The position numbers and the translations under genes are program-made. From Minisyncoccia bacterium (GTDB taxonomy: Bacteria; Patescibacteriota; Minisyncoccia; SW-4-49-11): a stretch of DNA of 64,000 nucleotides. The stretch covers positions 1 through 64,000 of the forward strand of contig JBIKVS010000004.1 in assembly GCA_044356725.1 (NCBI GenBank). Direction: 5' to 3'. Of this stretch, positions 9,121 to 19,225 are shown piece by piece. Positions within the stretch are counted from its first letter, which is position 1. Each line of letters opens with the position of its first letter. The notes beneath the pieces were generated by a model, which saw only the letters and a program-made list of their open reading frames with translations, was not told the origin of the DNA and ran no database searches.

Positions 9121-10227
9121 CTATTTCAACGGTACTTTATACAAATTATTATCTTTACGGTTAATGAAGAATAATTCGGTTCCAGCGGAATTTAAGAATA
9201 AATCTCTAGAGTCTACACTACCAATATTACTAGATAATTGACTAGTAGTAGCTGTACCTATGTCTATTTTATATAAACTTTCATTAAAGTCTCCTAGATT
9301 AGAGGTATAATAATCGTCGGGTAAAATTTTATTATTAGCTACTTCTGGTTTGGTAAAGTAAGCGGTTTTACTGTCCTGACTCCATACTATTTTCTCAGCA
9401 ATAGTCCCTACATCTGGAACTTTTGCTATTTCGAACCCTTTTTTATCTACTATAGACAAAGCTAATACTCCACCACCTCTTTCTGTAGTATAGGATATAA
9501 TTCCAATTTCTCCATTAGGAGCCCAGGATATATTGAGTCCATTTTTTTCATCCAGGACTGAGGTTGCCTCACCAGTATCTACGTTAATAATACGAAGTGC
9601 AGAAGCTCTAAAGCTACTAGGAATTAAGGTTTGGCTAATACTATTTTTGAAAGGGATATTTTTTAAGAATACAGCACTAGAGCTAAGGGTTATAATTCTA
9701 TTCCAATTAGACCCATCCGCCTGACTGACAGATAAGTCGGCAGACCCATCTCTATTTTGGAAGACATAAAAAACTCTATTATCAGATAAGAAGTTAGCAG
9801 AGACCACATCAATAGGGAAGCTGTAAGATTGATTTTCAGCATAGTTATAACTATATACTCTATTTTGAACTTTAGTTAAGACAAAAGGAGCTGTTTTTGC
9901 CCATTCTACAGAAGATAAGCCATTTAAAACAGTCTCATCTATAATACTAGCCTCTCCCCCACTAGCGGGAATACTAAAAGTTTGACCTTTGTCTAGAGAA
10001 TAAAATCTAATTAAGTTTTTCTCATCTATAGTAGCATTGACAATTGGCTGATTAACTAATTTTGTAGCTGTTAAGTTAGTTGTATTTTCTTTAGTATCCT
10101 CAGCTTTATTTTCTTCAGATTTTGCATCTTCAATAGGTCGAGAAGTGTATTGAAAAAGCATAAAACCAACAATACCTAGAGGAACGAGTACCATTATTAT
10201 AATGAGAAATAATTTTGTTTTAGACAT
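9121..10227 (-). CDS. Membrane-anchored beta-propeller-like (TolB-like) hypothetical protein
   Basis: N-terminal TM helix; repeated WAPNG/WSQDS-type blade motifs; directly downstream of the VirB4-like ATPase. Confidence 0.65.
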   Translation of the reverse strand: MSKTKLFLIIIMVLVPLGIVGFMLFQYTSRPIEDAKSEENKAEDTKENTTNLTATKLVNQPIVNATIDEKNLIRFYSLDKGQTFSIPASGGEASIIDETVLNGLSSVEWAKTAPFVLTKVQNRVYSYNYAENQSYSFPIDVVSANFLSDNRVFYVFQNRDGSADLSVSQADGSNWNRIITLSSSAVFLKNIPFKNSISQTLIPSSFRASALRIINVDTGEATSVLDEKNGLNISWAPNGEIGIISYTTERGGGVLALSIVDKKGFEIAKVPDVGTIAEKIVWSQDSKTAYFTKPEVANNKILPDDYYTSNLGDFNESLYKIDIGTATTSQLSSNIGSVDSRDLFLNSAGTELFFINRKDNNLYKVPLK

Positions 10228-10231
10228 AGTT

Positions 10232-12061
10232 TTATAGATTTAGTGTGAATACATCATTTGAGACAGCCTCTTCATCCATCTGAGCCTTAGCTGCTTGAAT
10301 TTTGAGTAATTGTTCAGGGTCTGAGGTTATAATCTGGTCTTCTCCATAAGAGGCAACCACTTTTATAGCAGCATGCTTTAATCCAGCAAAGAAAATACCT
10401 TCTCCTACATCAGACTCTAGCAAGAGAAATTTCTCTTCTTCAGTTAGATAAAAAGTATCTTTAATAATATCAATTGAGGCCGGAGACTGCTTAAGTAAAA
10501 TCTGAATAGATGAGTTGGTAAGAATAGCTTTTCCATATTCTGAGGCTAAGAAATCAGCTATATCCTGGGTAATTGTGGTAAGTCCAAGATAATATTTACG
10601 AGCTCTTTTAGCTAGAGAGAATAGGAAGGAAGCCACAGCTTTATCTTTCATCATTACCCACGCTTCGTCTACGAATAAAATACGCTTTTTGAGGGTTCGT
10701 CGAATCTCTTTCCAAATATATTGAGTTACTACAAACATAGCTAGGGATTGCAACTCATCCTCCATATCTCTAGTATTAAAAATAACTAACTGATTATCAA
10801 AATTAATATTAGTTGGCTCATTCACAAACCCACTGAAGCTCCCGGTGGTATATTTAGACAGACGAATAGCTAAACTCTCTCCCCCCTCCATATTGTTAAG
10901 AATATTCTCTAAATCAGAAAGAGTTGGAATGTCTTTATTCGTATAGTCTTTAGTCTCAAGAGTAATGTCTTTACTGGCATAGGTCTCATATAAAGCTCTA
11001 TCTAGAACAGCCTCTTCCTCAGCATGGAATTTATCTTCTTCATTACCTCCTTGAAGCATCAATTTGAGCATACTCAATAAGTCTGCAATATTAGACTTTA
11101 GTAAATCAGCTGGATTTTCATCAGCTCTTGGGACTGGTAAATCAAATGGATTAATATGTTGATTGGAGTTCAGAGATATTTTGATAAAAGTGCCTCCCAC
11201 CGCTTCACTCAAATATGAATATTCATTTTCAGGGTCAATTACTAGGATATCTATTCCTAACATCAGATGTCTTAGAATCTCTAATTTAGCAAGATAGCTC
11301 TTCCCTGCTCCAGATTTAGCGAAAATAACCTCATTAGCATTCTCCATTGAGAATCTATCGAACAAAATAAGACTATTATTATGTCGATTAATACCGTATA
11401 AAACACCTTTATTGGAGGAGATACTAGCTGAAATAAAAGGAAAGGTAGTAGATAGAGGTGAAGTATTAAGATTATTAGCAATAGCAAGATCGTCTTTTAG
11501 AATAGGCACAGTAGACTGGAATCCTTGTTCAGTTTGAAATAGACAAGGCTTGGAATATACCATTTTTGTCTGAAGCATAGCATCAATTTGAGCAATATTT
11601 TCCTCTAGTTGAGCCACACTATCCGCATAAACTGTAATATATAATCCAAAACGGAAAAATCTCTCAGTCCCCTGTTGTAACTGGTCTCTTAACATCTCAG
11701 CATCCTGATAAGCAGTTTCTACAAGAGGGTCTCGGATTAAACCCTTCTCTTGAGCTATTGAAATTTGGGCTTGGAATCTAGTTACTTGAGTTCGTAAGTT
11801 CTTCAAAATCACTCCACTATCCATCGGATACATAAACATAGAAATATCCAAAACATAATCAAGAGTGATCAAAGGACTAAACCACCCAGTTACTAAAAAT
11901 CTCGGATAGGTCATTACAAAAATAGTACGAGCAAATTTAGAACCAATTTGAATATATTTAGGGTCAACTAAAATACTAGCCGGAGCTAATAAATCTCTAA
12001 GGCTATTTTGACCTTTTAGGTATTCGGAAATCTCTGGACTGGTTTGAGGTTGCTTCGCCAT
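10232..12061 (-). CDS. VirB4/TraC-like secretion ATPase
   Basis: AKSGAGKS Walker A, VIDPENEY, FVDEAW Walker B, KRARKYY, TQDIADF. Confidence 0.9.
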   Translation of the reverse strand: MAKQPQTSPEISEYLKGQNSLRDLLAPASILVDPKYIQIGSKFARTIFVMTYPRFLVTGWFSPLITLDYVLDISMFMYPMDSGVILKNLRTQVTRFQAQISIAQEKGLIRDPLVETAYQDAEMLRDQLQQGTERFFRFGLYITVYADSVAQLEENIAQIDAMLQTKMVYSKPCLFQTEQGFQSTVPILKDDLAIANNLNTSPLSTTFPFISASISSNKGVLYGINRHNNSLILFDRFSMENANEVIFAKSGAGKSYLAKLEILRHLMLGIDILVIDPENEYSYLSEAVGGTFIKISLNSNQHINPFDLPVPRADENPADLLKSNIADLLSMLKLMLQGGNEEDKFHAEEEAVLDRALYETYASKDITLETKDYTNKDIPTLSDLENILNNMEGGESLAIRLSKYTTGSFSGFVNEPTNINFDNQLVIFNTRDMEDELQSLAMFVVTQYIWKEIRRTLKKRILFVDEAWVMMKDKAVASFLFSLAKRARKYYLGLTTITQDIADFLASEYGKAILTNSSIQILLKQSPASIDIIKDTFYLTEEEKFLLLESDVGEGIFFAGLKHAAIKVVASYGEDQIITSDPEQLLKIQAAKAQMDEEAVSNDVFTLNL

Positions 12062-12066
12062 ATATT

Positions 12067-12744
12067 TTATGCAATATCTAAATCTTCTAAACTATGCAGA
12101 GATTCTGTTGGTTTGGAATCAGGGTTATAGAAAGAATAATATAATTCAATCAACTCTTGAGTATTAAGAGGAGTCATATATATTCCAGCTCTTTTCAGTC
12201 CGTACATAACCCCATTTACTCTTTGCCAAAGTTGAGTTTTATACTTTTCAAAATCTTCTTTTTTATACTGAATAGCAATTTTAGGATTAAAAGCATTGCT
12301 TAGCTTATCGAAGACACCCTCTTTAATCTCAACTGGGTCAAAAGGCACAACAACATAAAAAGTTTTATTCACAATATTAGCTCCAGCAACCAATTCTCTA
12401 ATAAATTGAGAATATTCCCCAATCTGTAATCTCAAGAGTTCATTTTTTTGGGTTTGCTGAAACTCGGCAAGATAGCTTAGATACCCATTAATATTCAGCA
12501 CTCTGGAGCTAATTTGAATTTGTAGTGGAAAATCAAGTGAGTTTATAAAATTCTGATAAGCGTAAATAATCGCATCCTGTTCATCAGAGGACTTAAGGTC
12601 AAAGTTCACAGAAGAAGTCATCAAAACCGCCCTCAAACCACCATCTTTGAGGATTACTACACTGTCTTGAATGGTGTCGATAGATAAGTACTTTTGCGTA
12701 CTAGTCTCCGGCTTATTTTTAATGTTTGATTTTTTATTAGCCAT
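12067..12744 (-). CDS. Conserved hypothetical protein of the VirB4-associated cluster
   Basis: STQKYL.IDTIQD.VVILKDG.LRAVL..SSVNFDLKS.DEQDAI..YQNFINSLDFPLQI motif, typical upstream of CPR VirB4. Confidence 0.75.
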   Translation of the reverse strand: MANKKSNIKNKPETSTQKYLSIDTIQDSVVILKDGGLRAVLMTSSVNFDLKSSDEQDAIIYAYQNFINSLDFPLQIQISSRVLNINGYLSYLAEFQQTQKNELLRLQIGEYSQFIRELVAGANIVNKTFYVVVPFDPVEIKEGVFDKLSNAFNPKIAIQYKKEDFEKYKTQLWQRVNGVMYGLKRAGIYMTPLNTQELIELYYSFYNPDSKPTESLHSLEDLDIA

Positions 12745-12851
12745 ATAATATATTATATCATAAAAAATAAATTTTGTAAAACAGAGATTTTCTCTTGATT
12801 TTTAAATTTGAATATGGTATATATTATTTTGTGTTTATTCTTTCTGACACG

Positions 12852-13067
12852 ATGAAAAAGCCCACACAAACAGATTGCCTTAAATACGTGATAAGAAATG
12901 CTATATTGGAGGGTGTAAGAAAGACTCTCATCTTTGCAGCCTATTCGTTTCAATGGATAGAGCTTAAAAGATATATCAAAAGCATCTGCAAAGGATTAAG
13001 TGTAAAAGTTGTAATTCTTAGGAATTATATCAATAAGCCTTACGGAATACAAATAATCCCAGCCTAG
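12852..13067 (+). CDS. Small basic orphan protein in a stand-alone unit
   Basis: TTGATT(12795)-17-TATATT promoter, ATG 12852, terminator CCCCGTC..GACGGGGTTTTT at about 13094-13120. Confidence 0.5.
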   Translation: MKKPTQTDCLKYVIRNAILEGVRKTLIFAAYSFQWIELKRYIKSICKGLSVKVVILRNYINKPYGIQIIPA

Positions 13068-13151
13068 TCGGCTGGAGACGACTCTCTTCTCAACCCCGTC
13101 GCTCGCCTGACGGGGTTTTTCATTTTTCGCAAAATTATTATCAAATATCCT

Positions 13152-13327
13152 CGTAGGGCTTTTATCTCTCCTATTAGATTTTTAAAAGAGATATTTGTAA
13201 GTAGTAGGGGCGACCTCTCAGTCGCCCGATATAATTTCAACCAAAATACAGGCGACTGAAAAAGGTTATCCCTACAATAAAATGGAGAAATAAACGTTTC
13301 CCTTCCGTAGGGACGACTCCGCTACGA
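13152..13327. repeat. GTAG-type REP cluster, family C (GTAGGGGCGACC..GTCGCCC)
   Basis: Short palindromes with GTAG/CTAC ends; similar copies at about 14178, 17901, 18720, 19288, 25320, 26257, 28793, 37180, 44079, 49460. Confidence 0.75.
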
Positions 13328-13336
13328 ATTTATAAT

Positions 13337-14134
13337 TCAGATCTCCTGATACAGCTCTATCCAATTCTCTATGGTGAGGTTCTCGGGACGGAGGGTGAGT
13401 AGTTCTTGAATATTTTGGCTATACTCCCCTATTGTTTTGGTGAGTTTAGGTTTGAGGGAGGTGGAGAGCTTTTTTCTTTTTTGTTGGAAGGCAAGTTTGG
13501 CGAGTTGTATGATTTCTTCTCTAGGGTATTGGCTATATTTAGTATGTGGGATTAGTTGTATGAAGCTAGAGTCTACTTTGGGTTGAGGATAAAAGCATTC
13601 TTTTGGGATATTGGATAATAGTTTGGCTTCAGCATAAATATTGACACTGAGTTTGAAGAGTGTCTGCTCTTGTGAGAGTATATTTTGAGCCACTTCTTTT
13701 TGAATTAGTAAATTTATACTCTGGGCGGGGTTAGCTCGGTCGACTAAGAGCCTGATGATAGCTCCGGTAATATGATATGGGATATTGGCTATAACTGTAT
13801 AGGGGGTGTTTATGTCATCTATTATATTTTGGGATTTGAGTATGTCTTGATGATATACAGTAAGGTTGGCTGGATTATCTAATATTTTGGGTAATATTTT
13901 AGCAAAAGTTTTATCTAGTTCAATGGCGATGACTGGCAATTGAGTTTGGACTAAGAGTTCGGTGAGGGAGCCAAGACCTGGTCCGATTTCTAATATGCTT
14001 GAGTTAGCTGGGAGATTGATTTTATTTAGGATTTTTTGGAGTAATTTAGAGTCAATAAAAAAGTTCTGGGATAAAGACTGTAGGGGCTTTATCTTATGCT
14101 CTTCTAAAATGCTGATGATTTGGCTTTGGGTCAT
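13337..14134 (-). CDS. rsmA: 16S rRNA m6,2A dimethyltransferase RsmA/KsgA
   Basis: SQNFF, ILEIGPGLGSLT, IANIPYHIT, PQPKVDS, RPENL; likely start MTQSQ, the upstream extension being repeat-derived. Confidence 0.95.
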   Translation of the reverse strand: MTQSQIISILEEHKIKPLQSLSQNFFIDSKLLQKILNKINLPANSSILEIGPGLGSLTELLVQTQLPVIAIELDKTFAKILPKILDNPANLTVYHQDILKSQNIIDDINTPYTVIANIPYHITGAIIRLLVDRANPAQSINLLIQKEVAQNILSQEQTLFKLSVNIYAEAKLLSNIPKECFYPQPKVDSSFIQLIPHTKYSQYPREEIIQLAKLAFQQKRKKLSTSLKPKLTKTIGEYSQNIQELLTLRPENLTIENWIELYQEI

Positions 14135-14140
14135 AGAGAA

Positions 14141-14270
14141 ATTATGAATTATGAATGGTAAATTGTAAATTATAGCGAGCGACTGAAAGGGCGCCCCTAC
14201 GAGAAGTGGAGGGATAAACCCTCCGCTACGAAAGGACATAATGTCGGCGGGGTCGCCGACTCTACGAAAT
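14141..14270. repeat. Heptamer tract (TGAATTA/TGAATGG) plus family C REPs
   Basis: ATTATGAATTATGAATGGTAAATTGTAAATT followed by GCGACTGAAAGGGCGCCCCTAC and GTCGGCGGGGTCGCCGAC. Confidence 0.65.
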
Positions 14271-14356
14271 ATAATACCGGTAAGATACCCCTCCCCTACT
14301 TGTAAAAAGCCTAGAATAGTTGTAGTATAAAGGTATTAGTAATATTTAGCAAGAGT

Positions 14357-14839
14357 ATGGTTTTGGAGATTGTTTTATTGAGTTTAAGCTTGATTGCTAT
14401 TGGAGTGGCTGGGTATAGCTGGTGGCGAGTTAGTTTTTTACAAAATAAAATTAAGGGGGTTTTTCAATCTGACAAAATAGACAATGTGGATGAACTCTTG
14501 GAGTCATACTCTAAAAAGTTTCAAACTATAGATAATAAGCTAGATAAAACCTTTACAGAACTACAATATCATAGTACAATATTGAATTATACCTTGCATA
14601 AAGTAGCGATTAAAAGATTTAACCCTTTTGCAGATATGGGTGGGGATACTAGTTTTACAGCTGCCCTCTTAAATAATGAAAACTCTGGTATTTTACTCAC
14701 TTATATTGCGACCAGAGAACAAGGAGGTCGCTCTTATGCTAAACCTATTGAAAAAGGCCGATCTAATCAGCAATTAAGCCAAGAAGAAGCCGAAGTCCTA
14801 GCCACTGCTATCAATACTCCCCTCACCAATAAACTCTAA
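14357..14839 (+). CDS. DUF4446-like membrane-anchored protein
   Basis: N-terminal TM, RFNPFADMGGDTSF..ALL, R.YAKPI..G.S...LS.EE. Confidence 0.8.
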   Translation: MVLEIVLLSLSLIAIGVAGYSWWRVSFLQNKIKGVFQSDKIDNVDELLESYSKKFQTIDNKLDKTFTELQYHSTILNYTLHKVAIKRFNPFADMGGDTSFTAALLNNENSGILLTYIATREQGGRSYAKPIEKGRSNQQLSQEEAEVLATAINTPLTNKL

Positions 14840-14844
14840 CTCTT

Positions 14845-16341
14845 ATGTCAAACTCTCAGATTCAACCAAGACCACCAATAGTCACCATTATGGGTCATAT
14901 CGACCATGGTAAAACTAGTCTTTTAGATTATATTCGCAAGGCTAATGTGACGGCTGGTGAGGCTGGTGGAATTACTCAGCACATTGGGTCTTATCAGGTG
15001 GTTTATAAAGATTCTAAGATTACTTTTATTGATACTCCTGGGCATGAGGCCTTCAAATCCATTCGTAGTCGTGGGATTAGGACTGCTGACATTATTATTA
15101 TTGTGATTGCTGGAGATGAAGGAGTAAAGCCGCAGACTTTGGAGGCGATTGAACTTGCTAAAAGTACCAAGCTACCGATTATTGTGGCTATTACCAAGAT
15201 TGATAAGCCAAATCTAGTGCTAGATAAAATTAAAGCTGATTTAGCTGAATTAGAACTTACCCCGGAAGAATGGGGTGGGCAAACTATTGTCTTGAATGTC
15301 TCTTCTGTCTCAGGTGAGGGTATGCCAGAACTCTTAGAAATGATTTCTCTTGTAGCGGAAGTAGAAGAATTGAAGGCTAATTATGATAAATCTGCTACCG
15401 ATGGGTTTATTTTGGAGTCATTTTTGGACTCTAAGGCAGGCCCATTATCGGATATTGTGGTTTTGAATGGAAAATTAAAATTAGGAGATGTGGTATTAGT
15501 AGGAAATTCCGTCTATGGTAAGGTTAGAAGACTTACAGATGATAAGGGGGGAAATATCAAAGAGGTAAATCCTGCCGAGCCAGCTAGAATTTTGGGACTT
15601 AAAGGCGTGGCTTCCGCTGGGGATGAATTTAGAGTAGTATCTTCTGAGAATGAAGCAATGGAGCTAATTGAAGCGGCTAAAATTCCACCAGCTAATAATC
15701 CAGTCATTCAATCAATGTTAGAAAAAGAAAAAACTTTGAATCTGATTATAAAAGCTGACTCTATTGGGTCTCTAGATGCTATTGAATATGCTTTAGGGCA
15801 AATTGTTCAGCTAGATATTAAGATTACAATTGTATCTCGTGAAGTTGGAGATATTAATGCCAATGATATAAGTGAGGCTAAGGTCAAACAAGCTGTTATC
15901 TTAGGTTTTGGAATCAAGCAAGATAAAAAAATGCTGGAACTTGCCAATCTCAAAGATGTGGTTATCAAGCATTACAAATTAATCTATGAGCTAATAGATG
16001 AAATCCGAGACCAAATCACTCAGTTAGAAGGTCCAAAAGTAACTAGAACTGACTTGGGAGAACTAAAGGTGTTGAAAGTATTCAAAGAAGATAAGAAGAG
16101 CTTGATACTAGGAGGTTTGGTTCAAACAGGACGAATGGTCAGAAATGGTTTGATTGAAATTGAGAACTCCGAGGGCAAGGTTATTGTACAAGGTAAAATG
16201 TCTAATTTACAACAAGACAAACAAGATGTAGCTGATGTTATGGAAGGTAATGAATGTGGAATGGTGATCTCTTGTTCCTTCAAGAAAACTACTCCAGTTG
16301 TAGGAGATATACTGTATGTCTATGAGCAAATCAAGAAATAA
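14845..16341 (+). CDS. infB: Translation initiation factor IF-2 (short form)
   Basis: RPPIVTIMGHIDHGKTSLLD, GGITQHIG, DTPGHEAF, GNECG. Confidence 0.97.
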   Translation: MSNSQIQPRPPIVTIMGHIDHGKTSLLDYIRKANVTAGEAGGITQHIGSYQVVYKDSKITFIDTPGHEAFKSIRSRGIRTADIIIIVIAGDEGVKPQTLEAIELAKSTKLPIIVAITKIDKPNLVLDKIKADLAELELTPEEWGGQTIVLNVSSVSGEGMPELLEMISLVAEVEELKANYDKSATDGFILESFLDSKAGPLSDIVVLNGKLKLGDVVLVGNSVYGKVRRLTDDKGGNIKEVNPAEPARILGLKGVASAGDEFRVVSSENEAMELIEAAKIPPANNPVIQSMLEKEKTLNLIIKADSIGSLDAIEYALGQIVQLDIKITIVSREVGDINANDISEAKVKQAVILGFGIKQDKKMLELANLKDVVIKHYKLIYELIDEIRDQITQLEGPKVTRTDLGELKVLKVFKEDKKSLILGGLVQTGRMVRNGLIEIENSEGKVIVQGKMSNLQQDKQDVADVMEGNECGMVISCSFKKTTPVVGDILYVYEQIKK

Positions 16342-16343
16342 TT

Positions 16344-16682
16344 ATGGCAGATAGGCATCTTATACGCTACCAACAATTAATTCAAGAGCAATTATCATCT
16401 CTAATGTTAAGAGAATTAGATGTGGAGCCTGGAATTTTGGTGACAGTTTCTAAAGTCATTGTGAGTGCTGATATGCAAGTAGCCGATGTCAAAATAACTG
16501 TATTCCCTACCGATAAACAAGGTACGGTTTTACAAAAATTAAGAAAAACTCATAAAGAATATGAGTACTTTTTGGCAGATATACTATCTAGAGGACGCTC
16601 CCCCGAACTTAGATTTGATATAGACAGCGAAGCACTGGAGGCTTATGAAGTGGAGAAACTTTTGGATGAGTTGAGTGAGTAA
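16344..16682 (+). CDS. rbfA: Ribosome-binding factor A
   Basis: Follows infB; VTVSKVIVSADMQVADV and PELRFDID motifs. Confidence 0.85.
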   Translation: MADRHLIRYQQLIQEQLSSLMLRELDVEPGILVTVSKVIVSADMQVADVKITVFPTDKQGTVLQKLRKTHKEYEYFLADILSRGRSPELRFDIDSEALEAYEVEKLLDELSE

Positions 16683-16701
16683 GCTCAAAAGCTAATAATT
16701 T

Positions 16702-16730
16702 TTGACAAAAGTTAGGTTTTGTGATATAAT
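16702..16730 (+). promoter_or_regulatory. Consensus sigma70 promoter with extended -10
   Basis: TTGACA-17 nt-TATAAT with TG immediately upstream of the -10. Confidence 0.8.
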
Positions 16731-16764
16731 ATAGAACATAAAATTGCTCTTTTAGGAGGGTGTT

Positions 16765-16923
16765 ATGATTACTCAAATCATTGATTCACTTAAATATGAT
16801 CGTAAAACTCTGCTGTTGAGATATAAAGCCAACCCAGACGAATACAATCGTAACAGATTGGTTCGCTGTGAGACACAGCTTGAAGAACTTGTATCTCGAG
16901 TTCCCAAGCCTTCACCTTCCTGA
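16765..16923 (+). CDS. 52-aa orphan protein (below ORF-track cutoff)
   Basis: AGGAGG RBS, ATG, MITQIIDSLKYDRKTLLLRYKANPDEYNRNRLVRCETQLEELVSRVPKPSPS*, terminator at about 16943-16970. Confidence 0.65.
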   Translation: MITQIIDSLKYDRKTLLLRYKANPDEYNRNRLVRCETQLEELVSRVPKPSPS

Positions 16924-17045
16924 GTGGTTTACACTCAAATACAACCGACTACCACTGGCAGCCGGTTTTTCATACAATAATACTTTGATTTTATATAATA
17001 AAGAGCCAGCTTATTTAAACTGACTTAATTATGGAGAGTAAAGTA

Positions 17046-17240
17046 TTAATTAGATTTTTTAAATTCAAAAAATAGTTTTATACTAGTTATGAGACTGATT
17101 CCCCCAGTAAATCCTATTAAAACATCAGCTTCTGGAAACCAAGTAGCAATAAAAGGTGAAAATAGTCCCATTATTGATAACATACCTGCAAAGAAAATTA
17201 GAACAGCAGGCTTCAAATCTTTCCAGTTAGTATTAGACAT
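17046..17240 (-). CDS. Small two-TM membrane protein
   Basis: MSNTNWKDLKPAVLIFFAGML..; two hydrophobic helices. Confidence 0.6.
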   Translation of the reverse strand: MSNTNWKDLKPAVLIFFAGMLSIMGLFSPFIATWFPEADVLIGFTGGISLITSIKLFFEFKKSN

Positions 17241-17435
17241 AAATCTGTGAAAGTACAACATAGAAATTATACCATATTTGAGCTTATAATTGCAATTTTT
17301 GGTGTTTAATATCTATGTCTCTCATTGGAGCTGAGGGGGGTGAAGATGACTAAAAAGTATTCCCTACAAATATAAACTATTGACAAAATAACTATATTGA
17401 TGTAGAAATAAAGAGTAAAGTAGTAACTTAATCTC

Positions 17436-17867
17436 ATGAAAGCTCTTTATTTTATCTTGGGTCTATTTTCAAGGGAAGCTCCCGGAAAAGTCAAGGAACA
17501 AAAAGCACTCACAGAAAAAGAACTCACAGAAAAAGAACTCACAGAAAAAGAACTCACAGAACAAGAAGCATTAGAGATACTAGAGAATACAGATTGTCCG
17601 TTTTTAAAACATGTGTACACTCATTTTCAGAGAGCATATGATGCTAGTTCTGAAAATGAAAGAAGATGTAAACTAGCTTTGGCCAACAGTGCGGTTAAAA
17701 AATCTCAATTTGGATATAGTGTTATGGGGCTAGAAATACCCAAAAAATATTTAAGCGCGGTTCAAATTCTTTTACTAGGTTTTGAAAAAAGAGAGCAAGT
17801 TAGACGAGATTTACTCGCAGCCTATCGTCTTGCAATCCAAGATGGATCTGCAGACCCTTTGCTTTAG
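17436..17867 (+). CDS. Orphan protein with (LTEKE)n tandem repeat, stand-alone unit
   Basis: TTGACA at 17380; 15-nt repeat x4 at 17507-17567; terminator GCTCACC..GGTGGGCTTTTT. Confidence 0.6.
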   Translation: MKALYFILGLFSREAPGKVKEQKALTEKELTEKELTEKELTEQEALEILENTDCPFLKHVYTHFQRAYDASSENERRCKLALANSAVKKSQFGYSVMGLEIPKKYLSAVQILLLGFEKREQVRRDLLAAYRLAIQDGSADPLL

Positions 17868-17899
17868 CTCACCCTCTCCGGACGGTGGGCTTTTTCATT

Positions 17900-18030
17900 T
17901 CAGGCGACTGTAAGGTCGCCCCCTCCTAACATCTCTTTACAAGAGCTAATAGGAGGTACTTAAAGCCCTACGAAATCTATGTCGGCGAGGGCGCCGACTC
18001 TACATAATTTATCATTCACAATTCATAATT
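17900..18030. repeat. Mosaic REP cluster (family C with nested family E CCCCTCCTAA.ATCTCTTTACAAGAGCTAATAGGAGG)
   Basis: Family E recurs at about 32507-32545 and 49523-49561. Confidence 0.75.
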
Positions 18031-18618
18031 ATTCTTCACCCTATAATCATACAAGACAATCCCAGTCGCTACAGAGACATTCAGGGAGCGGGTGGTACCA
18101 TATTGTTCTATCTCAATAGTGGTATCACAAATATCTAGAATTTCCTGTGGTAATCCCCTGCCTTCATTACCGACAGCGATGAGAATACTCTTATCCTTCG
18201 GCCATTTATAACTATATAATTCTACTGAATTGTCAGTCTGTTCTAAGCCTATAATTAAGTCAAACTCTTGCTTTAGTTCAGAGAGATCTTCTATAAATTT
18301 AATATGACGAAATTGCATAAAAAACTCCGCTCCCACACTAGTTCGGCGGTCAAACTTTTTCCGCCCATAGATTAACACTTCCTGCACCCCAAAAGTATTG
18401 GCTGATCTGATAATATTGCCAATATTATTGTCTCTATCTATATTGACTAATAGTAGCGAAATTGGGATTTTGTGAGGGTTAATAGTCTCTAGAATATCCT
18501 CCCGCTTCGCCCAAGCTAATTGGTCGGCCACATTGCGCTTAGCATTGATATCATAAGGTAAAGTCCCCTGCTCTCTCGGCTCAAAAGTATAGGATTGTGA
18601 TTTAGGAGGCTTACTCAT
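18016..18618 (-). CDS. TrmH/SpoU family RNA 2'-O-methyltransferase
   Basis: NIGNIIRSANTFG, GNEGRGL, RSLNVSVATGIVLY SPOUT motifs. Confidence 0.9.
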   Translation of the reverse strand: MSKPPKSQSYTFEPREQGTLPYDINAKRNVADQLAWAKREDILETINPHKIPISLLLVNIDRDNNIGNIIRSANTFGVQEVLIYGRKKFDRRTSVGAEFFMQFRHIKFIEDLSELKQEFDLIIGLEQTDNSVELYSYKWPKDKSILIAVGNEGRGLPQEILDICDTTIEIEQYGTTRSLNVSVATGIVLYDYRVKNNYEL

Positions 18619-18940
18619 AGAAAAACAGTTTAATATGGTGTTATTATAGCATAAGGGGGAAGTAAACACTAAACTGCCCTCCCTTGTTAGAGGTGCCCGT
18701 AGGGCGGAGGATGACTTGAGGCGACTAAAAGGTCGCTCCTACGAATACAAAGTTACTCCACACTACGAAAGTCAAAATGATTCAGAATAAAATATAACAT
18801 AATAACAAAACACTAAAGTAAATAAGAGTTATGGTTAAATAAAAAGAGAAAAGTTTTAACTAAAATTAATAATAGGTATTGACAAAATGAGGAAGATGTG
18901 GTATGGTTGGAAAGGTTTTTCATTTCTGGGAAAAGTAATC

Positions 18941-19225
18941 ATGGTACAAGCATCATTGTGGGACGAGCATCATAGAATGCTTGGTGAACTATATCTGGAG
19001 TTCGTGGGAACTTCAGATGAGTTAGATAGAGCTGAAAGTGAGCTATATGAAGAATTTTTAGATAGAGAATCTTTAGATAATCTACAACATTCAAGAGGAA
19101 TGGATTTACTAAATCAATCTCACAAACCCCACGAAAGTAGTTTTGACAGACATATACATCATAACCATTCTAACCCCTGGTGGGCTAGAAGACGAGCATA
19201 CCGACTTCGTAAATGGAGAAGGTAA
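18941..19225 (+). CDS. Orphan protein in a stand-alone unit
   Basis: TTGACA(18879)-17-TATGGT promoter places the start at ATG 18941; terminator at about 19253-19282. Confidence 0.55.
   Translation: MVQASLWDEHHRMLGELYLEFVGTSDELDRAESELYEEFLDRESLDNLQHSRGMDLLNQSHKPHESSFDRHIHHNHSNPWWARRRAYRLRKWRR

Noticed and set aside
14845-16341. IF-2 truncated at the N-terminus as a pseudogene
   Set aside because: G-domain and C-terminal domains are intact; short IF-2 forms occur in reduced genomes
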